The notes under the pieces: model-generated
Database searches by the model: none
Told to the model about the DNA's origin: nothing
Seen by the model: only the letters and a program-made list of their open reading frames with translations
NCBI GenBank assembly: GCA_963813715.1
Contig: CAWFAK010000016.1
Span: forward strand, 64,001 to 128,000
Direction of reading: 5' to 3'
DNA length: 64,000 bases
Origin: an uncultured Planctomycetaceae bacterium
Lineage (GTDB): Bacteria; Planctomycetota; Planctomycetia; Planctomycetales; Planctomycetaceae
Part shown: piece by piece, positions 62,831 through 64,000 of the stretch
Numbering within the stretch: the first letter of the stretch is position 1
Layout of the letters: each line of letters opens with the position of its first letter
Translations under genes and position numbers: made by a program

Positions 62831-63349
62831 GTGCATACCCGAATTAGCGACAGTCGCGGGGTTTGGTTGGTTGCGGGCCTCATCCTCGGTCTGGGAGTCA
62901 CCTGGTTCTGGCCCCACGAGCCCCTTCGTGCCGACCAGTCCGACCGCGCGGACAAGTTCGGCATCTGTTCGGTGCCGTGCACGCTGGCCATCGCCGGCCT
63001 GCCGAGCACCGAGGCGGTCTTCATTCTCGACTTCGTCACCGGCCGGCTGCAGGGCTTTTATCTCAACCCGCAGCAGGGCGGCTTCACTCAGATGTTCTAT
63101 CGGGACGTGGCGGACGACCTTCGCCTCAACGCAAAAGGGGCCGGCCAGCCCGTCTACGCATTTGTCGGCGGGCAAGGACAATTTTCCGGGCAGGGGACGA
63201 GTTGGGGCGGCAGCCTGATCTACGTCGCCGAGATGACCACCGGCACGCTCGTCGCCTATGCCTATCCGTTCTCGCAGAACAACGCGGGCACGCCGCAACA
63301 GATGGTGCCCGTCGGCAAGGCCCAGTTCCGCAATCCGCAGGCGAACTAA
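62831..63349 (+). CDS. Hypothetical exported/membrane-anchored protein
   Basis: N-terminal hydrophobic helix and beta-rich body (EAVFILDFVTGRLQG), followed by a terminator. Confidence 0.8.
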   Translation: MHTRISDSRGVWLVAGLILGLGVTWFWPHEPLRADQSDRADKFGICSVPCTLAIAGLPSTEAVFILDFVTGRLQGFYLNPQQGGFTQMFYRDVADDLRLNAKGAGQPVYAFVGGQGQFSGQGTSWGGSLIYVAEMTTGTLVAYAYPFSQNNAGTPQQMVPVGKAQFRNPQAN

Positions 63350-63372
63350 AGTTCGCTATCTGAGTACATGAC

Positions 63373-63412
63373 GGGGTCGGCTCGATCTGCTTGCGAGCCG
63401 ACTCCCTTTTTT
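63373..63412 (+). terminator. Rho-independent terminator
   Basis: GGGGTCGGCTCG-ATCTGCTTG-CGAGCCGACTCC followed by CTTTTTT, between convergent genes. Confidence 0.8.
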
Positions 63413-63415
63413 GCG

Positions 63416-64000
63416 CTAGGCCTGCGGAGGACGCCGGCAAACGACGGCCCGCGCCCGCCCTTCGATCCGCGCGAAGATCAGCACAGCCGACTCGCGTCCG
63501 GTCAGCGATAACCGTCGCCGCAGTCCTTCGATATCGATCGGGATCCGCCGGCACATGATTTCGAGTGTTCCCACGTCCGCACCGCGGAAGTAATCGCGGA
63601 TCTCGCGCTCGTTGTTCGGCAACTGGGCCAGCACCTCGAATGCGCGCGACAAATGCGACCGGGGGATGGCGTCGCCGGTGAGATATTCCTCGGCATCGTC
63701 CAGCCGACTCAATTCGTGTTGAACGGTGTAGAGATCGATCAAGCCCGACCGCACGAGCGCGGGATCCGGATTCACCAGATAGCGGCCAAGCGGGGCGAGC
63801 GAGGCCGCCGCGCTGAGCGGATCGCCCGACAGGCTCTCGCCACTCGGCAGCGCGGTCGCCCGCCAGACGCCCGGCTGTGCCAGCTCACCGAACCAGACGG
63901 TGGCTTCCTTACACTCGCCGTCGAGGCTCACCAGCTCGATCTCGGCCTGCGGGAATTTGCCGCCGAAATTGGACGCCGGACTGCACTTGATTGCGCCTCC
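63416..64000 (-). CDS. SAM-dependent methyltransferase with THUMP-like C-terminal region, C-terminal part only
   Basis: IKCSPA...ELVSLDGECKEATVWFG, PDPALVRSGL and YLTGD; runs off the window edge. Confidence 0.7.
   Translation of the reverse strand, partial: GGAIKCSPASNFGGKFPQAEIELVSLDGECKEATVWFGELAQPGVWRATALPSGESLSGDPLSAAASLAPLGRYLVNPDPALVRSGLIDLYTVQHELSRLDDAEEYLTGDAIPRSHLSRAFEVLAQLPNNEREIRDYFRGADVGTLEIMCRRIPIDIEGLRRRLSLTGRESAVLIFARIEGRARAVVCRRPPQA

Overview
GC-rich chromosomal window, almost certainly from a Planctomycete. Markers are two DUF1549/DUF1553 + DUF1501 + beta-propeller modules, a DUF1559 prepilin-like gene, a PVC-type CxxCH dehydrogenase and an LExRxLL-type leader. Most of it is housekeeping and signalling genes (serA, DAHP synthase, dus, epmA, larC, plsC, thiolase, ogt, nagA-like, hybrid histidine kinase, Ser/Thr kinase). 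About 20 single-base frameshifts, some in core genes, point to an unpolished long-read assembly rather than real decay. The accessory signals are: (i) tRNA-Thr(CGT) abutting a broken tyrosine integrase, flanked by exported low-complexity proteins, including a 24-Cys protein behind an LExRxLL leader and a His/Gly/Trp-rich protein; (ii) a tandem DUF1559 paralog with an exact in-frame 213-codon internal deletion; (iii) a ~330-aa coiled-coil insertion inside a DUF1553 domain; (iv) a ~2.7-kb poorly coding segment (46.2-48.9 kb) with replication-protein and iteron-like remnants; (v) a 15-bp operator-like tandem array and several REP-like palindromes. I saw no CRISPR array, rRNA, reverse transcriptase or intact transposase. 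All family assignments come from recognising motifs by eye; no searches were run.
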